Source: Methanobacteriota archaeon
GTDB taxonomy: Archaea; Thermoplasmatota; Poseidoniia; Poseidoniales; Poseidoniaceae
Assembly (NCBI GenBank): GCA_038104845.1
Contig: JAYOBJ010000003.1
Location: forward strand, 15,598-79,597
Length of the DNA: 64,000 nt
Reading direction: 5' to 3'
The notes under the pieces were generated by a model. It searched no databases. It was given only the letters and a program-made list of their open reading frames with translations, and had not been told where the DNA came from. The translations under genes and the position numbers were made by a program. The first letter of the stretch is position 1. Every line of letters starts with the position of its first letter. Shown here piece after piece: positions 40,729 to 49,727 of the stretch.

Positions 40729-43700
40729 ACGGACCCACACCCAGCGGCTCGCCCTCCGGCCCGCAGCGACGGACATGCCCTCGATGGTAGGGGCACGATT
40801 CACACGCTCCGGCGGCCATGGGCAAGCGGCGCGGCGCTTCCGTGGCGGGGTTGAGGTGCACATGGGCGCGCCAAACCAAATGGGCATCGAGGTCGGCTTT
40901 GGCACGCTCAAACTGGGCGTCGTCAAGCGCCACCGTCCGGCCGTTGGCACCGACCAGCACCGCCGGTGGAAGGACGGTACGTCGCTGTGCCTCGGGCTTG
41001 TTTCGTTCCATGGCCTCCAACGCCAACGAGTAAAGCGATAGTTGCAAGCGGTGCTTCATCAGCAGGTCGGCTTCCGCCTGGTTCTGCGGGGACAGATCAA
41101 CGGTTTCTGGACCGCAGGCTTGCAACGGGTGACCGGCGGCGGGTGTTGAAGGGTTGAAGCCGCCCAAACAACCGGTTGTCTTCAGGTCGACCACGCGCAG
41201 GTAACCCGGCCCGGAACCGTCGGTCAATGCCAGCACCAGGTCGGCACGACCGCTGAAGTCCATCGTCACCGAGGTCACGTGCAGCGGGGAGGTGAACGCT
41301 GCTGTGTTGCGATGCTCAACCGGCAACCCGTGGCGATGGAAAAACGGCAATTCTGTGCGAACGGCTTCGACCCTGAGCCCGTCCATGGTTTCCCCGTTGA
41401 GCATGCGACCGAGTCGCCCGCGTTGGACCAAGGATGACAGGTGGGTCAGCCGGGCGCGCCATGTTGCTTCGTCGGACCCTTCTGCCTGTTTCGTTCCGAA
41501 GCCAAATTCGTGCATGACTTCCCCAAGCGCCTCATCGTCGGTCAGGCGGTCCTCGCCAGCGTGCAACCAGTCTCGGGACAAGGGCGAAGACGTGGCGTGG
41601 ATGGAACACGGGTTTCTCAAGCCGATTTCGAGCAAGCGGTGCATCATGAGACCAAACGTGGTCGCCTCGGGCCAGCCTCGCTGGTGGGCGGGGGGGCGGG
41701 GTCGTCCAGGCAACCACAGCGGTTCCGTTGGCCAACCTTTGACGTGTTCAAGCCAATAGCGACGTGGGCATGTTGACGTGGTGTCCAAGTGGTGAGCTGC
41801 ACCTTTCATCACCGCCACCGTTGGGGGGGGCGAACGTGGACCCGCTGGTTCGGACGGTGCAGTGGACGCAAGCCGGGCAGCGAGCTCGCGCAACTGGGCT
41901 TGGGGGGAGGAAGGGATGGGCTGGATGAAGCACGCTGGGTGGTGGTAAACACGGAGGCCTTGAACGCCGGTTGGACCAAGCGCAGCGGTGGAGAGCATGG
42001 AGGCAGGGTTGAACGCGACCGTCTCGCGCCTGGGCGAGAACGGCGGCAACTCATCCGCCTCCAATGCTTCTGTTTCAACGAGCAACGGATGAGCGGTGTT
42101 GGCCAGCCAGGCTGCGCGACGGAGCCCTTGCATCAACATGGAGCCCATCGTTCGAGGGTCCGGCTTGACGTTCACCGCCAGGCGCCCGTTGGTCTCGTCC
42201 CACTCACTGCGATCACCTGGCACCCCTGAAACCACAAGACGGTCCTTCACTCGTGTCAATGCGACGTAGAATTTCCGTCGCAACTCCGCTTTGTCTTGGG
42301 CTTTGTTCATCTCGCTGGCGAACGCCCAAAGCCCGTCTTGAGGCCGCTGGGCGCCCAACCACGGTTGGACTCGCCCGGCCACCGCCTGTGGGGTCACGAG
42401 CACGTTGTCCTGGATGGAGACCGTAGCATCGGCTTTGCCCGCCGTGAACAGCCCCGTCACCACCACCACGGGCGATTGAAGGCCTTTGGACCCGTGAATG
42501 GTCATGATTTGGATCGCTTCCGTTGCCGCCGGGCTGATGGCTTTCGGCCCCTGTTGACCCAATTGCCTCAATCCTGCCATGTTGGCTTGGACCGCACCCA
42601 CGTCGTGACCGTGTTGCGCACCGATGTCATGGAGCATGGCGTACCATGCTTCAGCGAACTGCCGATCGGCATCGCCGGGGTAAGCAGCCAGCAAATCCGA
42701 GTGGTCAAGCACGTCCTCAAACACCTCGTAGAGGGCACCGGCGTTGGCCCGCTGCCAGAGGTGGGTCATGAGGGCCTGCGTGCCGGGCGTGGGAGCGTGT
42801 GCGATCAGGTGCGACCAAGCATCTTCACCGTCACCCAACCCCGAAAGGCACGCATGGACTTCGTCCTCCGACATCCCCATCACCGGTGACCGAGCGAGTT
42901 GGAAGGCAGCGAGCCTGGACGTGGGGTGGGCCATCAACGTGAGCAGGGCTTGCAACGGTTGGACCACCGGTTGGGTCATCAACAAACCCAATCGGTCTGC
43001 CATGACGGGTAAACCGCGTTCACGCAATCGACGAACGAGATCGGGAAGATGGCGCCTGGAATTGACGAGGATCATCACGTCTGAGGGACGTACCTCGGAG
43101 CCAACTTCGGTCACGTGGGTCCACGAGACTCGGTCGGCGTCCCACACGCGTGTGGCACCACCGCCGATCAGGGATGCCAAGCGTTGGGCCACCAACTCAT
43201 GCTCCAAGTGCACCGCAGCGGCGTGAGGATCCGAAAACGTGTCAAGCGGTTCATCAAGGGATTCGGGGACGGTGTCCAATGTCCCCTGAACGGGGAGCAG
43301 CCATTCGAACACGCCACCTTCATCGGTCATTCGCGCTGGCCTCAAGCGTTGTGGCTCGGCGTGCCAATCCCCCGGTAAGTCGTGATGGTGGGGGTCGAAC
43401 ACCTCGTCAAACATGTCGTTCATGGTCTCCATCACATCGGCACGGGTTCGATGGTTGGAGGCCAGGTCGATGTGGCCTTCCCGTCGGCGTTGAAGGCGTT
43501 CACCGTCAAGGATGGCCCCTTCATCACCGTCCTCTTGGTTCAAGGGGACGAAACTGTGCGGAGCCGAGGCCCGTGTTTCATGTGCATTGCTGAAGGAACC
43601 GCCTTCACCGCCCGCACCCACCGGCCGAGGGTCCCGGCCGTGGCCCTCCTGTCGCAAATGGTCCAGCCTTGCATCATCGGCCTCGTCGATGTTGCAGCGC

Positions 43701-45643
43701 CGAATCATCGCCACTGCACGGCGCATGACCGAAACCTCGGCTTGGCGGAATCGGTAGATGCTCTGTTTCATGTCACCGACGATGCAGACCGTGGGGTCCC
43801 ACGCCCCGCGAGGACGCTGAGGGTCGTCGGCACGTTGATGGCGCCGCCCCCAAAGCCTGGCCAGCAGGCGAAAGTGTGCAGGGTTGGTGTCTTGGTATTC
43901 GTCGATGATGAACGCACGGAACTGCCGTCGGATGTCGCCCAGCACCGCCACGCGTTGGTGCAGGTCGGCCTGCAACTCGGGACGATCGTTGAGCAGTGTT
44001 AGGGCGCGCGTGATGTGATGATCGCTCCACGGTTCATCGCCCAAGCCGTCCAATGCATCGATGACCTCAGGAGGATAGCGATGACGGCACACATCGGGGC
44101 ACCGCGCGAGCAACACGTCCGCTGCAAACCGTTGCAAATCATCGAAATCGTGGAGCCCATCCAGTGATTTTCGTCGTGCGAGGATTTGGTGGGTCGCTCG
44201 ATGAACTTCAATCAAGTCGCTGAGGACCTGGGCCTGCAATTCACCGTCCACGAAGGTCCCCGCTGAGGGCGGTTCGTTGGGCAAGGGGTGGGTTAACGGC
44301 GCCAATCGCAACGGTGAATCGAGCGGCATCCCGTCAAATCCATCGCCCGGCTCGATGAGGAAGGCCGCCTTGGCCAAGAGGTTCACCAACGATCCAAACG
44401 GTGCGTGAAGACGCCGAACGAGGCGATCCTGAAGGACACCCGCTTGATCGTACAGTGCCGCACGCCCATCCTTGCCAATCCCGGCCGTGCTCGCCTTGGA
44501 TTTCGTCAGCAATCCAGCGGGCCAGCCATCCGACTGAGGCAGTGCGCTCCGTGGGAAGAACGTCGGAGGTTTGGCGGCCAAACCGGAGGTTGAAGCGAGG
44601 GCCATGTTGAGTTTCCAAGCCCACGAAAGGCCTGCACCGGTTGATTCGGGGAGGTCGCCGTGGGCCATCCGAACCAAGTGGTTGAACCGGGTCAAGTGCG
44701 TGTCACCCTCCGCTGGAGCCACGCAGCGCTCGTGATGCTGGAGAAACAGATCCACCCAGTCCCGCAGATCAGCGTGAAGTGCACTGAGGTGCCCTTGAAG
44801 GTCGTGGCGAACCGGTTCTGCGATGAGATCGAGCAACACCGCCACCGGAACCGGTCCGCGTCCGTTCCAATCAAGACCGAGGTCTTCGGACCGTTGAATC
44901 ATGGCACGGTGCGATTGCTCAACGAACAGCGACCGGTTCATCAATCCGTTCAGCACCACCTCGGCGGGCCCTTGACCGCCCATCATCGCAACAAGTCGAT
45001 CCCTGGCGCCGATGAAGGCCTCGTGGTGATGGAGCACACCCGCTTCGTGGGCGTCTTCAACCGAACGAATGCGCCACACTGTGTGAAGGGCATCGTTGAG
45101 CATCACGGGTGTTTGCGCTTCGGCTACGAACGTGTAGGATGGGTACAACGTGACCCGGTCGATGTGGGGTTGAATCAACCGGTTCAGGAAGGCATCGATG
45201 GTCGAGATCGGTGCCTCATCGAGCGAGGACAACAGCATCTCCACGTCGGCGTCCGAGCGAAGCCGTGGGTCAAACACACCTTCTGCATCGTCGGCAGCAA
45301 CGGCGGTGGCTCGCGATTGACCAAGACGCTGCCGAATGCGCGCCTTGAGTTCGGCTGCTGCCTTTTTGGTGAACGTGATGGCCACCACTTCGGAGGGAAG
45401 CAACCCGGGCCACGCCTCCAAGTCGGTTCGTTCACGTGCTGGAGCTCGCAACGCCCCGTGACCGGAAAGCGGTGTGCGAGGGCCTTGAGGCGTGACGTGC
45501 GTGGCGCGTTGGTCGTGCGCGATCAAGTGCTGAACGTAACGTTCGGCCATGACCGTGGTCTTGCCGGTGCCTGCACCGGCGTCGAGCGCAATGTGGCGAT
45601 CGAGGTCCAGCCCCAACCGTTGGCTGTTGTTGAAGTTGATCAT
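40712..45643 (-). CDS. addA: AddA-like UvrD-family helicase fused to a PD-(D/E)XK nuclease (1643 aa)
   Basis: Walker A 'DAGAGTGKTTV', motif II 'IIDEYQDTNPAHF', 'MTIHGSKGLQSPVV', 'FYVALTRVKDRLVVSG'. C-terminal nuclease 'GRADLVLAL...LRVVDLKT' and 'QLSLYSLAL'. Cys residues at 'STCPRRYW' and 'CESCPYHRGHVRRC'. The start overlaps the addB stop by 4 nt. Confidence 0.85.
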   Translation of the reverse strand: MINFNNSQRLGLDLDRHIALDAGAGTGKTTVMAERYVQHLIAHDQRATHVTPQGPRTPLSGHGALRAPARERTDLEAWPGLLPSEVVAITFTKKAAAELKARIRQRLGQSRATAVAADDAEGVFDPRLRSDADVEMLLSSLDEAPISTIDAFLNRLIQPHIDRVTLYPSYTFVAEAQTPVMLNDALHTVWRIRSVEDAHEAGVLHHHEAFIGARDRLVAMMGGQGPAEVVLNGLMNRSLFVEQSHRAMIQRSEDLGLDWNGRGPVPVAVLLDLIAEPVRHDLQGHLSALHADLRDWVDLFLQHHERCVAPAEGDTHLTRFNHLVRMAHGDLPESTGAGLSWAWKLNMALASTSGLAAKPPTFFPRSALPQSDGWPAGLLTKSKASTAGIGKDGRAALYDQAGVLQDRLVRRLHAPFGSLVNLLAKAAFLIEPGDGFDGMPLDSPLRLAPLTHPLPNEPPSAGTFVDGELQAQVLSDLIEVHRATHQILARRKSLDGLHDFDDLQRFAADVLLARCPDVCRHRYPPEVIDALDGLGDEPWSDHHITRALTLLNDRPELQADLHQRVAVLGDIRRQFRAFIIDEYQDTNPAHFRLLARLWGRRHQRADDPQRPRGAWDPTVCIVGDMKQSIYRFRQAEVSVMRRAVAMIRRCNIDEADDARLDHLRQEGHGRDPRPVGAGGEGGSFSNAHETRASAPHSFVPLNQEDGDEGAILDGERLQRRREGHIDLASNHRTRADVMETMNDMFDEVFDPHHHDLPGDWHAEPQRLRPARMTDEGGVFEWLLPVQGTLDTVPESLDEPLDTFSDPHAAAVHLEHELVAQRLASLIGGGATRVWDADRVSWTHVTEVGSEVRPSDVMILVNSRRHLPDLVRRLRERGLPVMADRLGLLMTQPVVQPLQALLTLMAHPTSRLAAFQLARSPVMGMSEDEVHACLSGLGDGEDAWSHLIAHAPTPGTQALMTHLWQRANAGALYEVFEDVLDHSDLLAAYPGDADRQFAEAWYAMLHDIGAQHGHDVGAVQANMAGLRQLGQQGPKAISPAATEAIQIMTIHGSKGLQSPVVVVTGLFTAGKADATVSIQDNVLVTPQAVAGRVQPWLGAQRPQDGLWAFASEMNKAQDKAELRRKFYVALTRVKDRLVVSGVPGDRSEWDETNGRLAVNVKPDPRTMGSMLMQGLRRAAWLANTAHPLLVETEALEADELPPFSPRRETVAFNPASMLSTAALGPTGVQGLRVYHHPACFIQPIPSSPQAQLRELAARLASTAPSEPAGPRSPPPTVAVMKGAAHHLDTTSTCPRRYWLEHVKGWPTEPLWLPGRPRPPAHQRGWPEATTFGLMMHRLLEIGLRNPCSIHATSSPLSRDWLHAGEDRLTDDEALGEVMHEFGFGTKQAEGSDEATWRARLTHLSSLVQRGRLGRMLNGETMDGLRVEAVRTELPFFHRHGLPVEHRNTAAFTSPLHVTSVTMDFSGRADLVLALTDGSGPGYLRVVDLKTTGCLGGFNPSTPAAGHPLQACGPETVDLSPQNQAEADLLMKHRLQLSLYSLALEAMERNKPEAQRRTVLPPAVLVGANGRTVALDDAQFERAKADLDAHLVWRAHVHLNPATEAPRRLPMAAGACESCPYHRGHVRRCGPEGEPLGVGPFTSDP

Positions 45644-48600
45644 CCTTCATCACCTCCAAGGGACGCAACATCGCATCCGTCCCGCACCGCACAGTACGTG
45701 CAATGACGGCCCGGTGTGGGGTTGATGTGACCGGCACCGAAAGCATCGATGGCCCGTTGCGCCACGCGTAACCGCTCCTCCATCCAGCGACGAAAGGCGG
45801 TCTGGCCGGAATCAGCAGGGTTGGTCCTCGGGAAGTGATGGCGAAGATGTTGCGTGATGTTGCCAACCATGAGCCCGTCGGCGACGGGGTCCATGGCTTC
45901 ATCGAGTTCAACGTAGTGCACCGTGCGTTCACCGATTTCGGACGCACCAACGCCAACCACACGGTCGTTGGGATGCGATTGCTCCCAAGCACGGGCGTAG
46001 AGCGCCAGCTGCACGTCCTCAAACATGCAACGAGCGTGACGCAATCCCAAGCGGTCTGCTTTCGGACCGTTGACGGTTTTCAGGTCACGTACAACGACCA
46101 ACCGTTGAACGGGACGCTGCGACCCGTTGAGTGGGTAGGGCGCCGCATGTGAAGCGTCGCCCAACACACCCGCTTCGATCAGAACGGCGCGTTGCGCTTC
46201 GGTGAGGTGCACCTCATCGATTCGGTCGGCGAACCCTGACATGTGGAACCCCCGTTCCGTATCATCGCTTGACGGTGCGTCGATGAAAACCGGTGAACCA
46301 TCGAGGTTCGATGCGGGCCATTCGGCCACCAACGGGGCAGCGTGACGCAGCGCCCATGTGGCTTCGAGCATGGAGCCCACTTGACCCCCCATGGGTAGGG
46401 GGGCAGCGCCTTCGACGTGAGCGGCCCATGCGTCCGGTGAAGCGTTGAGCAAGGCACGCGTGCGGTGCACGGAGACAGCGTTGGAGCGCCCCAGCCAAGT
46501 GGCATGTTCTGCGAGATACGTCAACACCGCACCCCAAGCGTCCGTGACGGTTCCAAGCACACCGAGATGCAACGGCAAGGCCGGCGCTTCACCGACTTTG
46601 CTGACCCTCAAACCATGCGCCTCAAGCAGGGCCACCGACACGTCGTGCATAAGTTGGCCCCGCGTGCGGTTGTCGATGTCTTCAGAGGGGGCTTCACCGT
46701 CGCTCCGAACGCCCAGCCAACCCTCCGACCACGCCCGACGTGGGCAGCGCAGAACGGCTTCGATCCGGCTTGGCGACCAACGCGTTCGATGGAGGGATGT
46801 GGAGAGGTGCCCGAACCGATCGTTGAGATGATCGGGGCCGGAACCGTAGGGTGGAAGGGGGCGCGGGTCAGCAGCGATGCTGTGGGAGCGCCCCGGCCGA
46901 TGCCCCAAATGGGGCCACAGCGGGGCATCTGCACTCGGTGTCTTGAGGTGATTGAGTTCACCGACACCAAAGCGAAGCGCATCCACAGAGAGGAGATGTG
47001 TGCGCGCATCCCAAGGCAAGCATTCACCTTCCTCCAGCCGTTTCGCCATCGGTTGACGGCGGTAGCGGTCTTCCTGTACAGCGGCGACGTGCGTGCGAAC
47101 CACACCCATGGGATGGAGCAGAGTATGGTCGCCTTCATCCCTCATGGCAAGCGCCCGTTGGCCCGCACGCTGACGTCCCGACCTGGGAAGCAAGCCATCC
47201 TCGGATCCAGTGCCTTCGTGAGCAACGGTGGAAACTGGGCCCAATTGGGGCGTCATCCAGGCCCCATGGCCCCGCTCTCGAACCGACCACGCCCAACGAC
47301 GTTCGGCCCCTTCACCTTGATGACGGGAGGGGGGGATGAACGGGGGTGGCTGGCGCATGGCATCCCATGTGCGGGATCGACGAACGTCGGTGAGCCATTC
47401 GGCCAGAGGGGCGCTGGGACCGTTGTCCTCCACAGATGAGGTGTCCATCACCGCCACATACCGGCCGGCGTTGAGCAAGTGACGGAGGTGATGGCGCCCC
47501 TGGCGAACCAAGACGTCGTTGTGGAACATGCCCAACTCCAACTGAGCGGTGGCGTCCAGCCACGGAAGCGTCGGTCGTTTCATGGGCCACGATTGAACAT
47601 CAAGGCCTGCCAGAACGACCAAATCAGCGTTGCATCCGTGGGCCTCTTCGGGCGTCAGCACCGTGACATGAGGCGATTGCGGTTCAGTTGACGGGATACG
47701 GAGGGCCTCACCGACCATGTGAAGCACGTCGATCATCCCTTGGCCTTGGAGCAGTTCGGTGCCTTCCTGCTTCACCACGCGATCCAACGCCTCGAGCACA
47801 TCCTGCAGGTCGCCCCAGCCTCGGTTGTGACGTCCGACGGTCCGAGCCATGCGTTCCATGTCAAGTCGGCCGACGGATTCACTCAGCCATTCAAGACCGT
47901 CGGCCGGTGCCTTTGGCGTTGGCAACACCTGTCCAGAGCTGCACCCAATCCGTTCGCGCCCAACATGGTGACGGTCCTCCGGCATCAACAACGGTGCCCA
48001 CGTCGCCACAACGCATGCCAGCCACCACTGCGTTTCCTCCAAACGTTGCTTGCGCTCGTCAGGACGGCGCTCAAGCAACGAGGGGCGTGCTTGACTCAAT
48101 GCTCCCATCCAACGAGCGATGGCGCCGGGCCCACCCAAGACGTGGAAATGCTGACCAATGTCGGCCAAAACCTCCAGATGCGGCCTGGGCCGCCAGCTGG
48201 GTTGGCTGGGATGCTCGAGCGCAGGGAACATGTCGGTCGACCAGGGCAGGGCGCTTGAGGTGACCAGGGTGCGCAATCCTTCGAGCGACCAAGCGTTCAT
48301 GCCCTGTCCGATGGAAGCAGCGTGAACGACGGCGGCGAAAACGGGTTGTTCACGCATCGACCGGGTCTGCGAGGGCGCAACGACCCCCCATTGTTTCAAC
48401 CATTGATGCCATGCCGCACGGCGTTGGTGGGCTTGACCGTCCACCACCAAAACACAACCGCCCTCGTGCGTCAAGAAATCACCGACGAGGTGGGCCGTTG
48501 CGGGGAGGGCGTCGTCACCGTGGTCCAAGGCGATGCGCGTCAACACCCTCCCGCGGTCCTCGCCTGCAGGCGTGGACCAAGCGGTTCCGTCGGAGGCCCA

Positions 48601-49434
48601 CACGGGGTGAGGCGGAAGCCAGGCCGGCAGCGTTTCCTCCGTGCACGGTGGCTCGTCGAGCACGTACGCGCCGTGATGACCCAATCGGAACGAACCGGGG
48701 TGAACCAGTTGGTGAACGGGGCAATGGACGGACAGGTGCGTGAGCAGATCCTGCTCGATCTCGTTGAAATCGGGCGCCGTGTCCAGCAACACGATGCCGT
48801 TGAGCCCAGCGAAGTGGAAGGGGGGGTGCTCAGCACGCTTCAGGGCGTTGAGCACATGGTGTTGCAACAACATCGGCAGCGTTCCACCTGCTTCCCGCTC
48901 ATGGGCCAGCATCAAATCGTGCAGCATGTCCACCCCGGGATTGGACGACCAAGCGAACGGTGAACGCAAACCGCTGACCTCGGCATAGAGGCTCAAGAGG
49001 CGTTTGGTTTTCTGAACCGTCCACGAACCCGCCCCCGGCGTGTGAAGCAAGGGAAAGCCATGCGCTTCGGCGGCCGTCGCACACCGACGATGGAGCGCCA
49101 TGAACGAGGTGACGTCGTCATTGAGCATGACAGGAAGGCGGAAATCAACGTGGAGCAAACGCCACAGCTGATTGAGGGTGGTGTGGGCCTGCGGGGCATG
49201 GGTGTAGCCTTGTTCGTGGAGATTGACCAGCGTTTGTTGACGGTGGTGCTCGTTGGGGTGCACCACGAGCAGGCCAGGGTCTTCATCCCTGAACGCTTCG
49301 AACAACCACGGCGGCAGGCCCTGACCGGCAGGGACATGTTCCGACGTGATCTGAGGCTGGACCATGACGTTCATTCCTGAGATGACCGGCGAGCGTTCTT
49401 GAAGATGCGCGAAGCAAACGGTGGAACATTTCAT
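45640..49434 (-). CDS. addB: AddB-like nuclease subunit (inactive-helicase scaffold plus Cas4/AddB-type PD-(D/E)XK nuclease, 1264 aa)
   Basis: I found no Walker A. C-terminal 'WSPSRIEAVLRCPRRAW', 'GFADRIDEV', 'VVVRDLKT', 'VQLALYARAW', 'HCTYCAVRDGC'. The start is ambiguous (49434 or ATG 49374, MNVMVQ). Confidence 0.75.
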   Translation of the reverse strand: MKCSTVCFAHLQERSPVISGMNVMVQPQITSEHVPAGQGLPPWLFEAFRDEDPGLLVVHPNEHHRQQTLVNLHEQGYTHAPQAHTTLNQLWRLLHVDFRLPVMLNDDVTSFMALHRRCATAAEAHGFPLLHTPGAGSWTVQKTKRLLSLYAEVSGLRSPFAWSSNPGVDMLHDLMLAHEREAGGTLPMLLQHHVLNALKRAEHPPFHFAGLNGIVLLDTAPDFNEIEQDLLTHLSVHCPVHQLVHPGSFRLGHHGAYVLDEPPCTEETLPAWLPPHPVWASDGTAWSTPAGEDRGRVLTRIALDHGDDALPATAHLVGDFLTHEGGCVLVVDGQAHQRRAAWHQWLKQWGVVAPSQTRSMREQPVFAAVVHAASIGQGMNAWSLEGLRTLVTSSALPWSTDMFPALEHPSQPSWRPRPHLEVLADIGQHFHVLGGPGAIARWMGALSQARPSLLERRPDERKQRLEETQWWLACVVATWAPLLMPEDRHHVGRERIGCSSGQVLPTPKAPADGLEWLSESVGRLDMERMARTVGRHNRGWGDLQDVLEALDRVVKQEGTELLQGQGMIDVLHMVGEALRIPSTEPQSPHVTVLTPEEAHGCNADLVVLAGLDVQSWPMKRPTLPWLDATAQLELGMFHNDVLVRQGRHHLRHLLNAGRYVAVMDTSSVEDNGPSAPLAEWLTDVRRSRTWDAMRQPPPFIPPSRHQGEGAERRWAWSVRERGHGAWMTPQLGPVSTVAHEGTGSEDGLLPRSGRQRAGQRALAMRDEGDHTLLHPMGVVRTHVAAVQEDRYRRQPMAKRLEEGECLPWDARTHLLSVDALRFGVGELNHLKTPSADAPLWPHLGHRPGRSHSIAADPRPLPPYGSGPDHLNDRFGHLSTSLHRTRWSPSRIEAVLRCPRRAWSEGWLGVRSDGEAPSEDIDNRTRGQLMHDVSVALLEAHGLRVSKVGEAPALPLHLGVLGTVTDAWGAVLTYLAEHATWLGRSNAVSVHRTRALLNASPDAWAAHVEGAAPLPMGGQVGSMLEATWALRHAAPLVAEWPASNLDGSPVFIDAPSSDDTERGFHMSGFADRIDEVHLTEAQRAVLIEAGVLGDASHAAPYPLNGSQRPVQRLVVVRDLKTVNGPKADRLGLRHARCMFEDVQLALYARAWEQSHPNDRVVGVGASEIGERTVHYVELDEAMDPVADGLMVGNITQHLRHHFPRTNPADSGQTAFRRWMEERLRVAQRAIDAFGAGHINPTPGRHCTYCAVRDGCDVASLGGDEG

Positions 49435-49449
49435 GTAGTTGTTTCATGT
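49429..49449. repeat. direct repeat TTTCATGT-N5-TTTCATGT
   Basis: Read directly: 49429-49436 and 49442-49449 are identical octamers. The first overlaps the longest-ORF start codon of addB. Confidence 0.9.
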
Positions 49450-49587
49450 TGGTTGGTTGCTTGAGGTGCGGTGTGTCGGTGACCGGAAATGGCGGACCTG
49501 TTTTTTCGCCAAATGGGGCAGCGTCGGGTTGGGATTCAGGAATTTGTGGGGGCTTCTCCGTAAGTTTCAAATAGTGTATGCTCATAA

Positions 49588-49602
49588 CATGAAGTGTTCA
49601 TG
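49588..49602. repeat. perfect inverted repeat CATGAA-gtg-TTCATG
   Basis: Read directly in the AT-richer addB/tfb intergenic region. It shares the TTCATG core with the direct repeats at 49429-49449. Confidence 0.9.
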
Positions 49603-49687
49603 TTTGAGTGTGCGCACAACCTGCAAGCGGCCAACAACCGCACGGTGAGCAAGGAGGTTCAGTCCGCCCAAGGCGGATTTGAATCCC

Positions 49688-49694
49688 TTAAAAA
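49688..49694 (+). promoter_or_regulatory. TATA-like box (TTAAAAA), with Shine-Dalgarno GAGGTG at 49715-49720, upstream of tfb
   Basis: TTAAAAA is centred about 37 nt before ATG 49728. GAGGTG lies 7 nt before the ATG. Confidence 0.35.
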
Positions 49695-49727
49695 CACTCA
49701 AGGAACAACCAACAGAGGTGAACGACG

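Noticed and set aside
41823-41830. G8 homopolymer inside the AddA-like gene as a possible frameshift or phase-variation site.
   Set aside because: The reading frame is intact through it (it encodes SPPPT), and there is no alternative-frame ORF continuation.
49640-49700. tRNA-like T-arm impression ('GGTTCAGTCCGCC...GATTTGAATCC').
   Set aside because: I could not fold a cloverleaf on either strand. There is no acceptor stem or anticodon arm. It reduces to a simple 6-bp hairpin TCCGCC/GGCGGA.
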